Positions 12,801 to 25,026 of a DNA stretch of 64,000 nt are shown one piece after another; position 1 is the stretch's first letter, and every line of letters starts with the position of its first letter. Origin of the DNA: Laetmonice hystrix. Lineage: Eukaryota. The notes below the pieces were generated by a model. That model did no database searches. It saw only the letters and a program-made list of their open reading frames with translations, and had not been told where the DNA came from. Where the stretch lies: the NCBI GenBank assembly GCA_965235115.1, contig OZ249436.1, positions 49,664,001 through 49,728,000 on the forward strand, in the 5' to 3' direction. Position numbers and translations under genes: made by a program.

Positions 12801-15800
12801 GTGCCCACTAGGGAGGGCCCCGGCCAGCATAATACAGTATGTTGTCGAGCTTTATGTACGACAGCAGAGAGCGTCTTGCATACAAAGACATGAATCGCCA
12901 GGGGGCATGTCATGTCCTTGTTCACAAAAAACCAATTCAGCTCCTTGTGTCCAAATGCCATGCAAAACGGAGGATCGATGCTATAATGGCAGCAGAATTT
13001 GTTTAGTCATATTACTTCATGGGGAAGTATTATTTCACATTATGTATATTAACAGGGTATCAATTAAGTATCCATTTAATCTTAGTATGGGCCGGCAGTG
13101 TAGATTTCTAAGCATGGATTCATTGAGGTGTCGAGAGTTGGGGAGGCGCTCGATGGCTGAACGACCATTGTGAGTATACAGATATGTGGATAGGATTTTA
13201 TCAGGAGCGCCGCCAGCAGAGACAACACCCCGGCCAGCCAGAGACAATTACCGGCATCATTAAAACAGATGCAGCAGTGCTCGTATCTAAAGAACAGAAA
13301 GAGGAGCTTCAATACGTATTAAAGCGTATCGGTTTGATTAAAAGGATTTTCGAAGCAGAAACACGTGCGAACAGAATGTAAAAACAGCAAAAGCTGCTTA
13401 CATACGGGTCGTAAGCGTGGAAGCAGCTCGTGAAAGCTGTAGAATTGGCAGTAGTCTTGTGATCAGAATTACAGGAGCAGAAGAAGCTTCCTGTTAGCTC
13501 CGAAATGCTGCAGGAGCAATTTCAGCTGAGAGTTGCATGAGCAGCTGACATGCAATCGTATCATCAAAAGTGTTAGAGTGATAGATATTAAAGAATCATA
13601 TAAGAGGGTATGTGTAGCCTGAGGATCATAAAAGTTTAATGAGCAAATCAACCCTATTTAGAGCAGTAGGAAAAATAAGGAGGCCTATTCTCTGTATCTT
13701 AGGGAGGTCAGTGTGAAAGAAATGTATCAAATTTTGAGTTATTTAAAAAAAGACGGCGACTGAATGGGGAAGACGCAGAGGAGCTTAGCATAGGAGGTTG
13801 TCGTTCCAATAGAGGACGTCTGGCTGGCAGCGTGGAGAGCAGGCATTGTACAGAACCGCTCTTGGAGGCAACCAACGGGCTGTACCTCGATCGAAGTCTG
13901 GCTAAATATTTGTTCTCCGTATGTATTGATCTGAGCAGTTGTCAGCTGAATGAGCCTCACTATCAGTCCTCTCCATGAGGTCCGCTCGCTCTCCCCAGCC
14001 CGATCGAACACCGTCCAAACCCTGGCCAACTTGTCGTAATTCGCGTACAATATTGACTTTTAACTTGAGATCAATGTCAAGTCTTACTTGCTTGTTGAGC
14101 AGCAAGGGTAAGTGGATTACTACAGCAGAATTTCTCCCTGTCTCTTTGCCTTTTACTGCTGGTATGTGCCTGAAGGACCAAGTCATATTATTTCTAGTAA
14201 TTTAAGACAAAATTACTTAGCTTTGTAATTTGTCTCTAAAGCTGGCAACTACTGGCCTATGCGTTGTTTCGTTATGCCACACACTGCAACGAAGATGTAA
14301 AAAAAGATTGCAATATTTAGAATGGAACATAAAGAAATGAATAATATCATTTAAAAAACAGGTTATGATGCCCTCTGGTGGAAAGGCTACCATGCTGCAT
14401 CCTCGAAGACGTATCCTACATCCATTAGATACTGTGGATACATACACGTCCCATTCACAGTTATAGACCAAGGGGTCGGTTCACTATACCGCTCGACAAA
14501 ATATTGATACTAAATAAGGTTAATTCAAGATAATACACGGAAAGAGAGGTTCTCTTGGAAGTCTTGTCTTTTAGGGACACTTGAGGATCGATGAAGTCAT
14601 GGAGAAATTGAACCCCAATATCACATCCTTCACCCTAGGGGGCAGCACAGGTTAGTAATCCACAGAGGACGAATGTAGGCCCCTACATTAGTTTCGTGTC
14701 CATTTAATTATCGAGATGGGGGGCAATATGACGAATTGGCTGTGGGGAATACGAGAGGCGAGATAAGCTGCCATTGGTACGATTACTGTATGTTCTGGAG
14801 CGAGTAGCTACCAAAGGCGGAGTGAATTGGTACTTCTATACATCTGTACATAATAATATAGATTTGATTAGGAAAGCATGATGTTGACACATATTCCCAC
14901 AGAAAAACAGAATTAGGATTTGCGTATGGTCTTATGTAAGAGTGGTATCTGAGATGCTGATATGGATTGTGTGGCCAATGTTCAGTCGTAGCTGCATGGA
15001 CAGTGATATAGCTTGGGGACAGGAAAGGGCCATTAGAGCAGTAAAGACATTGGTCGAATCTCCAGTTTCTCCATATAAAGATGATGGAGTCTGACATGAT
15101 GATTGTTCTACCGGCTGAGTGATTGCCTGTCGTAGCCAGCAGACTCCAGGTCGGCGGGCTATGTCTCCGTGTCAGTATATATGACTGCCTCACTGCCCAT
15201 CATGGTCACGTGTCGGGAGGAGGAGGTGGAGAAAGGAGATCAAATAGCAAGCAATGTTCGTCGTATAACTTGGCTAACAGCGCCCTGCCTGGAGTGATGC
15301 TGGAATGGGATGTGTGATTGGTATAGCTGAGAGGTAGTGATTGCTTGGGAGTAGATCACGGATCAGCTTGGTGAAGTCTGACGCCAGTTGTACGAATAAG
15401 ATAGGTCTTTATAGTCTGGGAGGTTTTGCTATGTACAAGGACACCGCACTTGTGACTAACCGCTGTATCTGACAGTTGAGGAGAATACAGACAATGTAGG
15501 CCTAGAATAAAAAAAAAATTATTTTGTGTAGATTTTTTTCAGTATGAGTCGACTTAATAGGCAATCAATTTTCCACGCACACTTGAATGATTAGAAATTT
15601 AGTCTGGATGAACTACGCATAAATGATTGCAATTTTTAGGGAGCGAAGACAAACAGGGGGCTAACCATCAGGAAGGGTGCTCTCCAAGCTATTCATAATA
15701 TCCGGATTGTAGAAGGGTTGTAGCCCCCCCCCCCCCCCGCTCCGGATCGTGACTCTGGGCTGAAAGACGTGGGTAATAGCTATCAATCGGTTGGGCTGGT

Positions 15801-16526
15801 TTGAGGCCAGTATTGATCTTATTCCCAGGGTACTTGGCCGAGAGTGGGGCCTGGATATAGCGTGCTGCCACCTGGTGATAACCGCCTCAACTACAGAAAT
15901 TGTTAGTGGAATCCTTACGGAGACTGGGTCTGAGAACCGGACTTGACGGCATAGCAACATTACAGTAGTTAAATGGAATACATTGTGTGAATTTCTTCAT
16001 TTTTAATTAGTTATTTTGAAAGTCCAATTCGATTTATCCTTGGAGCATCTTTCAGAAAATCAGCAGAACTTTATAAAATATTACAACATCACGCCCATCA
16101 CGCCAGTCTGAATAAAGCTATATCCTCTGTGTGAACGCTGAATTGCCTTTTGGAGAAGATTGCTCTGGTGCTGCTTTTTATAGAAATGATTTGTGACAAA
16201 ATGATAACATAGGGCTACATTTTGGAAATCGTAAGTTTCTTTGTACTTTATGGCGTATTAGGTCTAGAGTTCCTGTTCCCATATTACATAGCGAAGGAAA
16301 CAGTTCTGCACCGTTTCAATTTAGTTCTAAACCGTTGTGAACATAAAATAAGCGCCAGCTTACAGGTAGAAGTAATTTGTCCAGATTATTTTATTCTTTT
16401 AATGGAAGAAAATCGGCATTTGATCCTTTTGAACATTTTTCGCAATGGCTCCATTTGAAACATGGCTTGCCGACTAGACTTATTTGTATTGATGGTTAAA
16501 TCTATGTTTTTGTCTGTGTTTACTAG

Positions 16527-16642
16527 GAGGAGTTCCCGGTTGAGAATCAAGCGGTGTACTGAGGAGGACAAGGGGATTTATTACTGCCAGGCCAACAACC
16601 AGTTAGGTCAGGCCACCGTGGACACGATGGTGGCCGTGGAAG
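16527..16642 (+). CDS. NRG: Neuregulin-like gene, exon encoding the C-terminal half of an Ig (I-set) domain
   Basis: tttactag|...GAAG|gtgagg; phase 2->1; RSSRLRIKRCTEEDKGIYYCQANNQLGQATVDTMVAVE with the L-x-I...D-x-G-x-Y-x-C Ig signature. Confidence 0.9.
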
Positions 16643-19600
16643 GTGAGGCACAGCCAAGTTTAGTCCATCCCTCCTTCTCTGTGTCTCTGTCTGTCTCTCT
16701 ACCTCGCTCTAATGTGTTTCTAAGTGTCTCTCCTCAACGTCTTCCTTAATCTTGTAAGATGCTACCTTGGTAACATAAACATTTTACATTTTACACACTT
16801 TGATACAAATAAATGCATTGCAGCCTGGCTCTGACAATTGGGCCTACTCAATGTACCTTACCAATATGCATTGGAACATAAAATTTGTCTATAGATGAAT
16901 TTACCTGTTTCTTTTTGCAAAAGAGCCTACAGAATCCCAGTTAAATGTGCTCGTGGTTGTTTTTTTGTTTGGGGGAGGGGGGTCGAAACAAGTTAAAAGG
17001 TTGACTTTAGAAGCTATAATTCAAAGTAAAGGAGTAGTTTCAGCAATGTCAAGGTTGTGGGAATAATAAATTTGTAAATAGATAAATTTATACATATATA
17101 AATTCATTTTTCTAATGAATCATGACTATTGCGAGAACACCTGAGACCTACGTATTGAGGTAAGTACCAGAGAATGTCCCCGGTCGAGGGTGTATTGATT
17201 ATTCTAACCTGCAGACCGACCATGCCGCAGAAGGCATAGCCTACACGTCGTTTATTCGACGACTGGTGGTCATTTGTTTGTTTACTGCAGTTTTCAGTTG
17301 ATTCACACTATACCCTCGCCCTCCTCCGCCTATATTGTCTCCTAAACCCTTTATATAAGCTCTGACGATAGGGGAAGCTGATGGACTGTCATTTGAGGAC
17401 AACCATCCCACAGATCCAAGGGTCAATGTACATGTATGTTGTCAGGATTAGTTACGCCACTTCTCCACCAGGGGGCCTCATAATAGTTACAGAACACAAA
17501 AGGACATAGGAGAATATGGAAAACTGAAAGTAACGAAAATCCATAATATCCTGTTAATAGGATTATGGAGAATACCAGGACAAATGCAGTGGTAATCTGT
17601 TATTGAATTCTGCTCTAGGCATGTTGGAGTTCATTTCACGTCGCATCTCGCGTGTTTATTAATGTTTGATAGCTGTAGATGGATTTCGTACCCGAGAAGG
17701 GAAAGAGAAAATGTAAGCCTTAGAGTAAAGACATTCGTTTGGAGTTTATTAACTTTAGCTGTAGCAGTCTGACAGTCAACAGGTTGTTTTTGTCATGTAG
17801 TTCAATCTATGCGTTTTATGAAGGTTAATCCAAACATTAACTTTCTGATTATAGAAGTTCATTTTAAAAGGAGTAAGTACCTGCCAAAGGTACAAGAAAT
17901 TCCTGATTGGAAGTATGGCAGCGTTACATACAGAATATACTGTACATATCCAGCCAGGGTAATCAACCAAAATGTTACTTGAATGAGAAGAAAGTTTCAG
18001 AAAATATAGACTTTTTCAATTTTTAATCGGTTCCACGTGTTAGGTATCCAATGCTTATAATGGCCTTGTTCCTAATTAATATGAAATCTAAAAGTACATT
18101 AGTACAGTACAGTACTGGCCTGAATATGCGTGTTACACCCACATCTGCGTGTTGCATTAGTTGAGAAGTGGCTATCATATGGGGTGCATAATATAGGCCT
18201 TAGGCCTATAGGCCTATGCATGCAGCGTTTTGCCCAGTGAATCAAGACAGTGTTATATTGGCAGGCCTATAATTTCCATTCAGATTATTGAGGGGCTTGA
18301 TAATTTCCATCAAATTATTGAGGGGGCTAGATAATTTCCATTATCGATTATTGAGGGGGATAAACGAACAGAGTTAGGTCCTCCCTAATAAAATAGGCTA
18401 ATTATTATGCACCATCGAAAATATGGGGGGGGGGGGTTGTTATAGGCCCATATTATATAAGCCCCCCCCCCTCCAGGAATTACGGCCCTGGTTAATAGAT
18501 TAGGCCTGGTGCCACCCATTCGCATGGCATAAGGCAGGCGCGGATCTAGGATTTTTGTATTGGTGGCTCTGAGGGGGGTTTAACCCCCCCCTCCCCGCCA
18601 GTGTAACATATCACGCCCATGCCTCCGAACCCATGTGGTAGGCCTATAGGCCTAGGCCTACTAATGGGGGCGCCCAGCGGGAGTCACAAGGTGACACAGT
18701 TCAGTGAGGTCACGCCATGCCCGGTCACCGAAACGCCCGCTGACTTGGAGCAGACGACCGACCGTGCACAGCGTCCCGCTCAACCCGCTGTGCGTGGCTG
18801 ACAACTCTCGGGACAATGACACAACTACCACCGGCACTCAACAACATGTACTAAGGCTACCTCGGCCTGCCTCTATAAAACCCATCTAGCCAGGTGGTGC
18901 CCGCATTGACAGACTTTCTGACAGACTCTCATGCATCTATAGGCGCATACCGCACTCAGTATCAATCTCAGAGGCTCGGCCTCAGAGCTGCTCCTGCAAG
19001 TCTACACCAAGTGTAGAACTGGTGCAGTGTAAGCTCATCGCCGGGCGCCACTCTACTGCTGCGTTCCAACCGACTGTCTTCCATGTTATTGCGGGAAGCA
19101 GTAGGCCTACAGTTATACAAGGATTTCAAGTCTAGCTTCAAGAGGGCACAGACAATCTTGAAACATGGAAAATACTGCTGGTATGTAAATTTAAGGTTTA
19201 GCTAAGGGTATATTTGTTCTGCCGTAGTATGCTTTGTTGTGAGCGGTGCTGAAAACAAACAAAGCATCGATGCTGACGTATACTACCACTGAACGAGGTG
19301 TGTATAAGTGCATGTGCACCCAACCAAACGGGCCTCTGACTCGTGTACCAGGCAGTTGGTGGGGTGGAGGTGGCTTCAGCTTGCTATCATTACTGAGTAT
19401 TATTACATCGTACTGAATCGTGGCCGGAGTAGGGTAAAGGGTTATTTCCAGAAGGCATAGCACACTGCAGAGACAGATCTAGACCGACCTCTAGACCCCC
19501 TATGTATTTTGTAGGCCTATGTTGTCCACCATACTGATGATAAATCTGTAAATCCTGTTGAGTGTTGTGTAACACCACTGACCAGACACAGGATGGACAC

Positions 19601-20716
19601 AAGCAGAGTTACACCAACTGGATCTGGACGACCAACTTAATGAAGGCGGACTTGTAGCATAATATGCTGGTGTGTGCGTCATTTGGTCTGGTGCACATTA
19701 TTGTAATGAATCTGCCCTGATGAATAAGTTCTTTAGTGTAACTTATGAATAGCTTTATCAGCCAGCAACTACATCAGTGTAGTAAGGAGGCTAACTTTTG
19801 TGCCTACACTTGGACAGATAGTTTTGCTGAACACAATTTATTTCCAATTTGGCCAAGAACACCTAATTTCCTTCCAACATGAGCATTAGTTGGTCTGGTG
19901 AGAATAACGAAATACTGAGGCAATCTTGGAGACATCATGGAAAAACTGTAATTAAATATTTGTCCTCTGTACTGGCTGACCTCACACTCCATATTAAGTG
20001 AAACTCTCCTAGGAGGAAAAACGATATCTGCAGCTTCCATCTGGCCTAATGAAGGTGGTATAATACTGACACACTTTTCCCAAGTACACGTGCACTTTGA
20101 TGAGAATAGAGAAGCTGCTGCCATCTAGTGGATAAAACTACACTGGCAACACTCCACATAGTACTTAACGCCATAGATCAAGTATACACTTTGGTCCTGT
20201 GAGCCAGGTGTGATCAGCAGCACAATCTCCTAACCATAACATCATACTCATTATGTCCAGTGTACCTTGTACTAAATATGTAATATCACCCAGGCGCATC
20301 TAGGTTTGCACCAACTGGGGGGGGGGGGACCAAGGGGAACGGGTGGTGGTGGGGGGGGGGGGGTTGTGTGAACCTTTTAAGCAGGTAAAAAGAAAAAAAT
20401 TACTTTGTAATGGGGGGATTGCAACCCCAGTAACCCCAACCCCCCCCTTAAATCTGCCACTGTCGCCATGAGCCCTGTAAAGGTATGGAAAGATGAACGC
20501 TAGGGGGAAATCGGTAAAGGAGACCCCATTGCATATTGTATAGAAATGTTTAGACCCATGCATTTATCTCTCTGTAAATAATATTATTTGTATAGCTGCC
20601 ATCATGCGTGAATGTTCTTTATCAAAATGTGGGCACTATGCTGCCATGTTATAGAGTATTTGCTTGTTATCTAAATTGTTGAACTTATGTTGTGGTTCTG
20701 TTGGTGTATGTTGTAG

Positions 20717-20822
20717 GTAAGACGATGCCAGATGAGCATTCAGAGGTCTGTCCGCAGCAAAACTACTGCCTCAATGGGGGCTCTTGTTTCTTCCTCCAGG
20801 AACTTGGCACAAAGTTCTGCAA
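20717..20822 (+). CDS. NRG: Neuregulin-like gene, common EGF exon (Cys1-Cys4)
   Basis: ttgtag|...TGCAA|gtgagt; 106 nt, phase 1->2; GKTMPDEHSEVCPQQNYCLNGGSCFFLQELGTKFCK. Intron between Cys4 and Cys5, as in EGFR/ErbB ligands. Not shown in the supplied ORF track. Confidence 0.93.
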
Positions 20823-21900
20823 GTGAGTACAGAAAGTTCTGCGATTTTTGGTAAAGAAGTCCAAATCAGAAGAGATAAGAAAAGATTCAGTTCCTGACAT
20901 AACTAAATTATGCTTCTGGGATTTTTGAGTATTAACACGAAGTCCAAATAAGAGCAGAAAATGTTTTTTCACTTGTCATTGATAGAGAAACATCAAAATA
21001 TATGAAAAGTATGTTATAAGCATAACAGTTCTTTCATGGCGACATATTTTGCCCTCTTGACAGGTGATTTTCCTCTGCATTACATTTTTTCTGTAAATAT
21101 AATTTAACCAAATAAAGGAGAGCTAAGAAGGCTGTAACTAAAGGAGGGAACGAAGCATAGAAGAACTTTCCAAGATCATGTTGAGCTGTAATATATGTTA
21201 GGTTTCACCACGATATGTCACTTGAGTACATGTGAAATTCATGACAATATGATTGTTTTAACTAGTATAAAATGTAATGCAGTAACATTTGGAATACGGT
21301 AATGTGGTATGTGTGAACATTTCTATAAACATTATCCTAGCTTCCTGGTACTCATCTGTTGGTGTGTCTCTGACGATGAACAGGCAATGTGGCAGAGATA
21401 CTTTTCATAGATGATCATGACTCGATCAAGTTTTCATTATTTCAACGGCATCCATGTGTTCGCGTCTCTGAATTGTCCATCTTTTCTGTCCCCACCAATA
21501 ACTCTTTTTTTTTCATGTCTTTGTGATTTGACATTTCTGTTTTAATCTGAAACTTGATACCTTGTACAAAAAAGCTTTTGTATTTATTTCATATTCTGAT
21601 TTATTTTGTGGCTTAAACTTGTTTTCTTCATGTAGGTCTCTGTGGCTTTTATTGATTTGTTTTTTTAATTTTTATTATGTTAATATTAAAAAAACTCTTA
21701 GCTGTCCATATATGTTTAATTATGTAACAATCCTTTATTTATGAATCTGCTTGATTGGGTAATATAGTTATTGTATGTATATGATAAGTTAGCCTTTATT
21801 TAATGTTATTACTCTCATTATCATTATTATTATTTCTTTCATTTCGTTTGACACTGTTTTCCCGTTTATTGTGGCACCAACCTGTCTTACCCATTTTCAG

Positions 21901-21977
21901 GTGCCAGGACAACTATACAGGCCGGCGATGCCAGCTACGGTCGCCTATTTTGGTCACTGAACCCAACCTGGCTGAGA
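21901..21977 (+). CDS. NRG: Neuregulin-like gene, alternative EGF C-loop exon A
   Basis: ccattttcag|...GAGA|gtatgt; 77 nt, phase 2->1; CQDNYTGRRCQLRSPILVTEPNLAE (C-x3-Y-x-G-x-R-C). Confidence 0.88.
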
Positions 21978-23435
21978 GTATGTATTAGCTAGGCTCAGTC
22001 CCTTCATGCTTTACATAGGGGCTCACCATCATACATTGTTCTCGTTTCAAGGTCACATGGATATCACATCAAGGGGATTTAATCTGAGGGCAATTTCTCA
22101 AATATTTAAATTTCCGGGGACAGGTTGTCTCGGTTAAATTAAAATTTAGCTTGATCTCCCAGTGGCCTTGGCCTTGCTAAGTCAGTGTTGTTCATTTCAT
22201 CAAGGGACGATTCAGAAGTCCATGGCATCTTTGATGAGTTTTCATAGACATGTATCATTTTGATATTTATAATCAGGAGAGAATTTCTTTTGTTGTCAGT
22301 TGTACATTTACTTGCATGCCTTGAAATCCCAAAGATGGCAGTGCACTTTCAGTCTTACATAAAACTGATACTTTAATATGAAAAAAAAGAAAAAGAAATG
22401 TGCATAAGACGGCTATGAAAGACCTGCAAATATTGCTGGTACTGTAAAAATTATTTTTATCAATACCAAAGTTACATGAGACTACTTTCATTCTGGATGG
22501 TTAGATACGGGATGAAGATGACCAAAAAAAGACTTAAACCACACAGAGTTCGGATTTTAATCAATTTTGCATCAGTTTGATCCGTCTGTTTTCTGGGGAG
22601 CAGGGGGAGGGCAAGGGGCAGTCACCTTGTGTATCCCTCACTTCCAGTGGAAGAGATCTCAAGAAAACTTTTGCATTTCCTCTACTCTCTCTTGTTGTCT
22701 GTCATGGACTGCGGTTGCGAGTGTTTTGTCAGCCTGGTCCGGCTGGAAGCATGAACTGCTATGCAGACAGTACCACTTTGAGAGCGTGTCAGATGCCAGG
22801 TGGCTGAATGAATTCCTATGATGTGTGAACTAACCAGGTAGGTTGTTGAACAGTGTATGGTGGTGATTGAACCATCCCTAGTAAGGCCTAACTCTCCCTG
22901 CTTCCTCTGTCTGCAAACAATATTAACCCCCGTCGTGCTAGGAGTCCATTAACCTTGCACTAACTGACCCACAGTCCCCTGCACCGAACTCGACAAGGAG
23001 CTGGTGTATGCATTCTGTAGGGGGACTTGATATCGTGTATCTCGGCATGTTCAGAAAGATATCAGCAAACTGACATACTATTCCTTGAGACAAAACAAAC
23101 TTTTGTAATCTTCTTTGATCAATGGAATTTATACAGTCCACAGTAGTGAACTATAACTAAGTGTGAGTTATTTTCGAATCAGGAATGTAATTCGGAATAT
23201 CGCTGAAGATAATAATAATTTCCCGAGAAATATGGTGAAGTAATCAAGCCTGAATACTTTGGTTACCTGCCGAGATGGATGAACTCAAGTCTCGCCTTAC
23301 CCGTGTGTGTGTCTCAGTGTCTGCCACAGCTGTGCATCGCTGGAGAGGCCGTCGGAGGAGACTGTTTATCATAAAGCCGGGGTGTTCGCTGGTTCTGTCT
23401 GGTCTGCTAATGTCACTTTGGTTACACTGATTTAG

Positions 23436-23506
23436 GTGTTCCACAGACTTTATGGGGGATCGGTGTCAATACAGGGACATATTCTACGTTATTCAAGAAA
23501 TGAAGC
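23436..23506 (+). CDS. NRG: Neuregulin-like gene, alternative EGF C-loop exon B (beta-like)
   Basis: gatttag|...AAGC|gtatgt; 71 nt, phase 2->1; CSTDFMGDRCQYRDIFYVIQEMK, resembling NRG1-beta CPNEFTGDRCQNY as recalled. Confidence 0.9.
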
Positions 23507-24923
23507 GTATGTATACAACCATTGCTTCTAGCATTCTGCATGTAATCAGTGATTGTCATCGACTACACGCACAGTGTATACTATGTATATGTTCACATTG
23601 TTTTTTCTCTGGATATATTCGACTGAATTTACACCTAATTGAGTTTGGTTGAATTGCATACTCTGTGTCCTATACCAGTGACAACCCTTGTAGACATACC
23701 TACTCGCTTCATCTAGGCACCTCGGTGCACATGGTGTTAGGCACCATGAAAGAAGCACCAACTGTTTCCCTAGTTCTAATATACAATTTATTCGTCAACT
23801 TACTTGTACTTTTCCTAGTTAATAATAAGAGAGATGTACTGTTTACGTTTTTTTCCTGACAAACTTTCCATTCTAACACCTGTATCCTACACGTTTCTAC
23901 TAAGGCAATTTTTTTTTAGCATAGTAAGATTGTTATGTGAAAATTTGATTAGAAATGATTTGAAATCTGTGAAAGTACTTGGTTCTTGTGTTGTATTTGA
24001 GGTTTTTCTACCAGTTAAAATTATTGATTCCGTTTAGTGGGTGAGTTAAAGGGGAGGTAGCTTGTATTTCTTATCGTGTGTTAACCGTAAAATCTAGTAT
24101 GAAGGTTGAGTATAAATTTTAAGTTGAGCAATAACAGTGCTTTGATTATTGGTAAAGTAAGTTGTAACGTTGACGTAGGAGATGGTGATGATTCCTGCTG
24201 AAGTATCACAGTAATGGTTTTCCACTTTTTTATATTGGAAAAGAAATATACCAGGTCCTCAGAAATGTTTTAATACCCTGTTATGAACTCGATTGCATTA
24301 AGTGAAAAGCTAAGAATTTTCTCCTGTCTAGTCAAGACGAAGTCATTATACCAAATAAATAATACCAAAATTCACAATTTTTTGTGTATAACATAGTCAT
24401 GGTATACGATTAAAAATAAAGCATTAAAAATTATAAGTTTCCTTTCTAATTTTCATGAAAATGATGGGCAGAAATTTAAATGGAAAAGCCTGAGAGGCCA
24501 CATTAACTCCTTCAAAATTTCTACTACTTCACATACATGTAAATGACAATTCTCATAACTTCATGATATCACCAAAATGCGGATCTAGAAATTTGGAAAA
24601 TGAGGTCCAGATTGGAAGGCTGACAAAACTTGTCCATCAGACGTCATGGAATTGTATTAGTAAAAAGGAAACACTAGCATATTTAAAGGGTTGTGGATCC
24701 GCCACTTGCTGTTTGTCTATATCATGACTGAATCCAGCCGATGCAGTCTGCTCACTTGCTATTCGGAACCATTGAGTGAAGGATGAAAATTAAACCATAG
24801 ACTCTAACCATCTCAAACTTCACGACTGCACAGAGTTTGAGTGGGCTAGCCCCCCACACCCAACCTGATCTAACCTGACCGCACCGCCACCTTGCCCTAA
24901 ATGATTCTTTTTTTTTCTAACAG

Positions 24924-25026
24924 AGCGAGATGCCCACCAGTTTGACCGGACTATGACTATTACGTGTATAATCATTGGTGCTTTGGTGCTGGCAGCCATG
25001 TGTATTACAGCCTACTGTATGGCCAA
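24924..25026 (+). CDS. NRG: Neuregulin-like gene, juxtamembrane/transmembrane exon
   Basis: ttttctaacag|...GCCAA|gtaagt; 103 nt, phase 1->2; RDAHQFDRTMTITCIIIGALVLAAMCITAYCMAK matches the neuregulin R-x-x-TIT...MC-x-x-AYC pattern. Confidence 0.93.

Noticed and set aside
1..16526. Missing first Ig exon and N-terminal exons of the neuregulin
   Set aside because: No exon with the Ig Cys and W-x-K-x-G motif was found by eye; the short ORFs here have no recognisable domains.
24706..24750. Alternative partner for 22706-22772 (TCCAGCCG/CGGCTGGA and neighbouring helices)
   Set aside because: Helices are short and widely gapped; cannot be distinguished from chance without computation.
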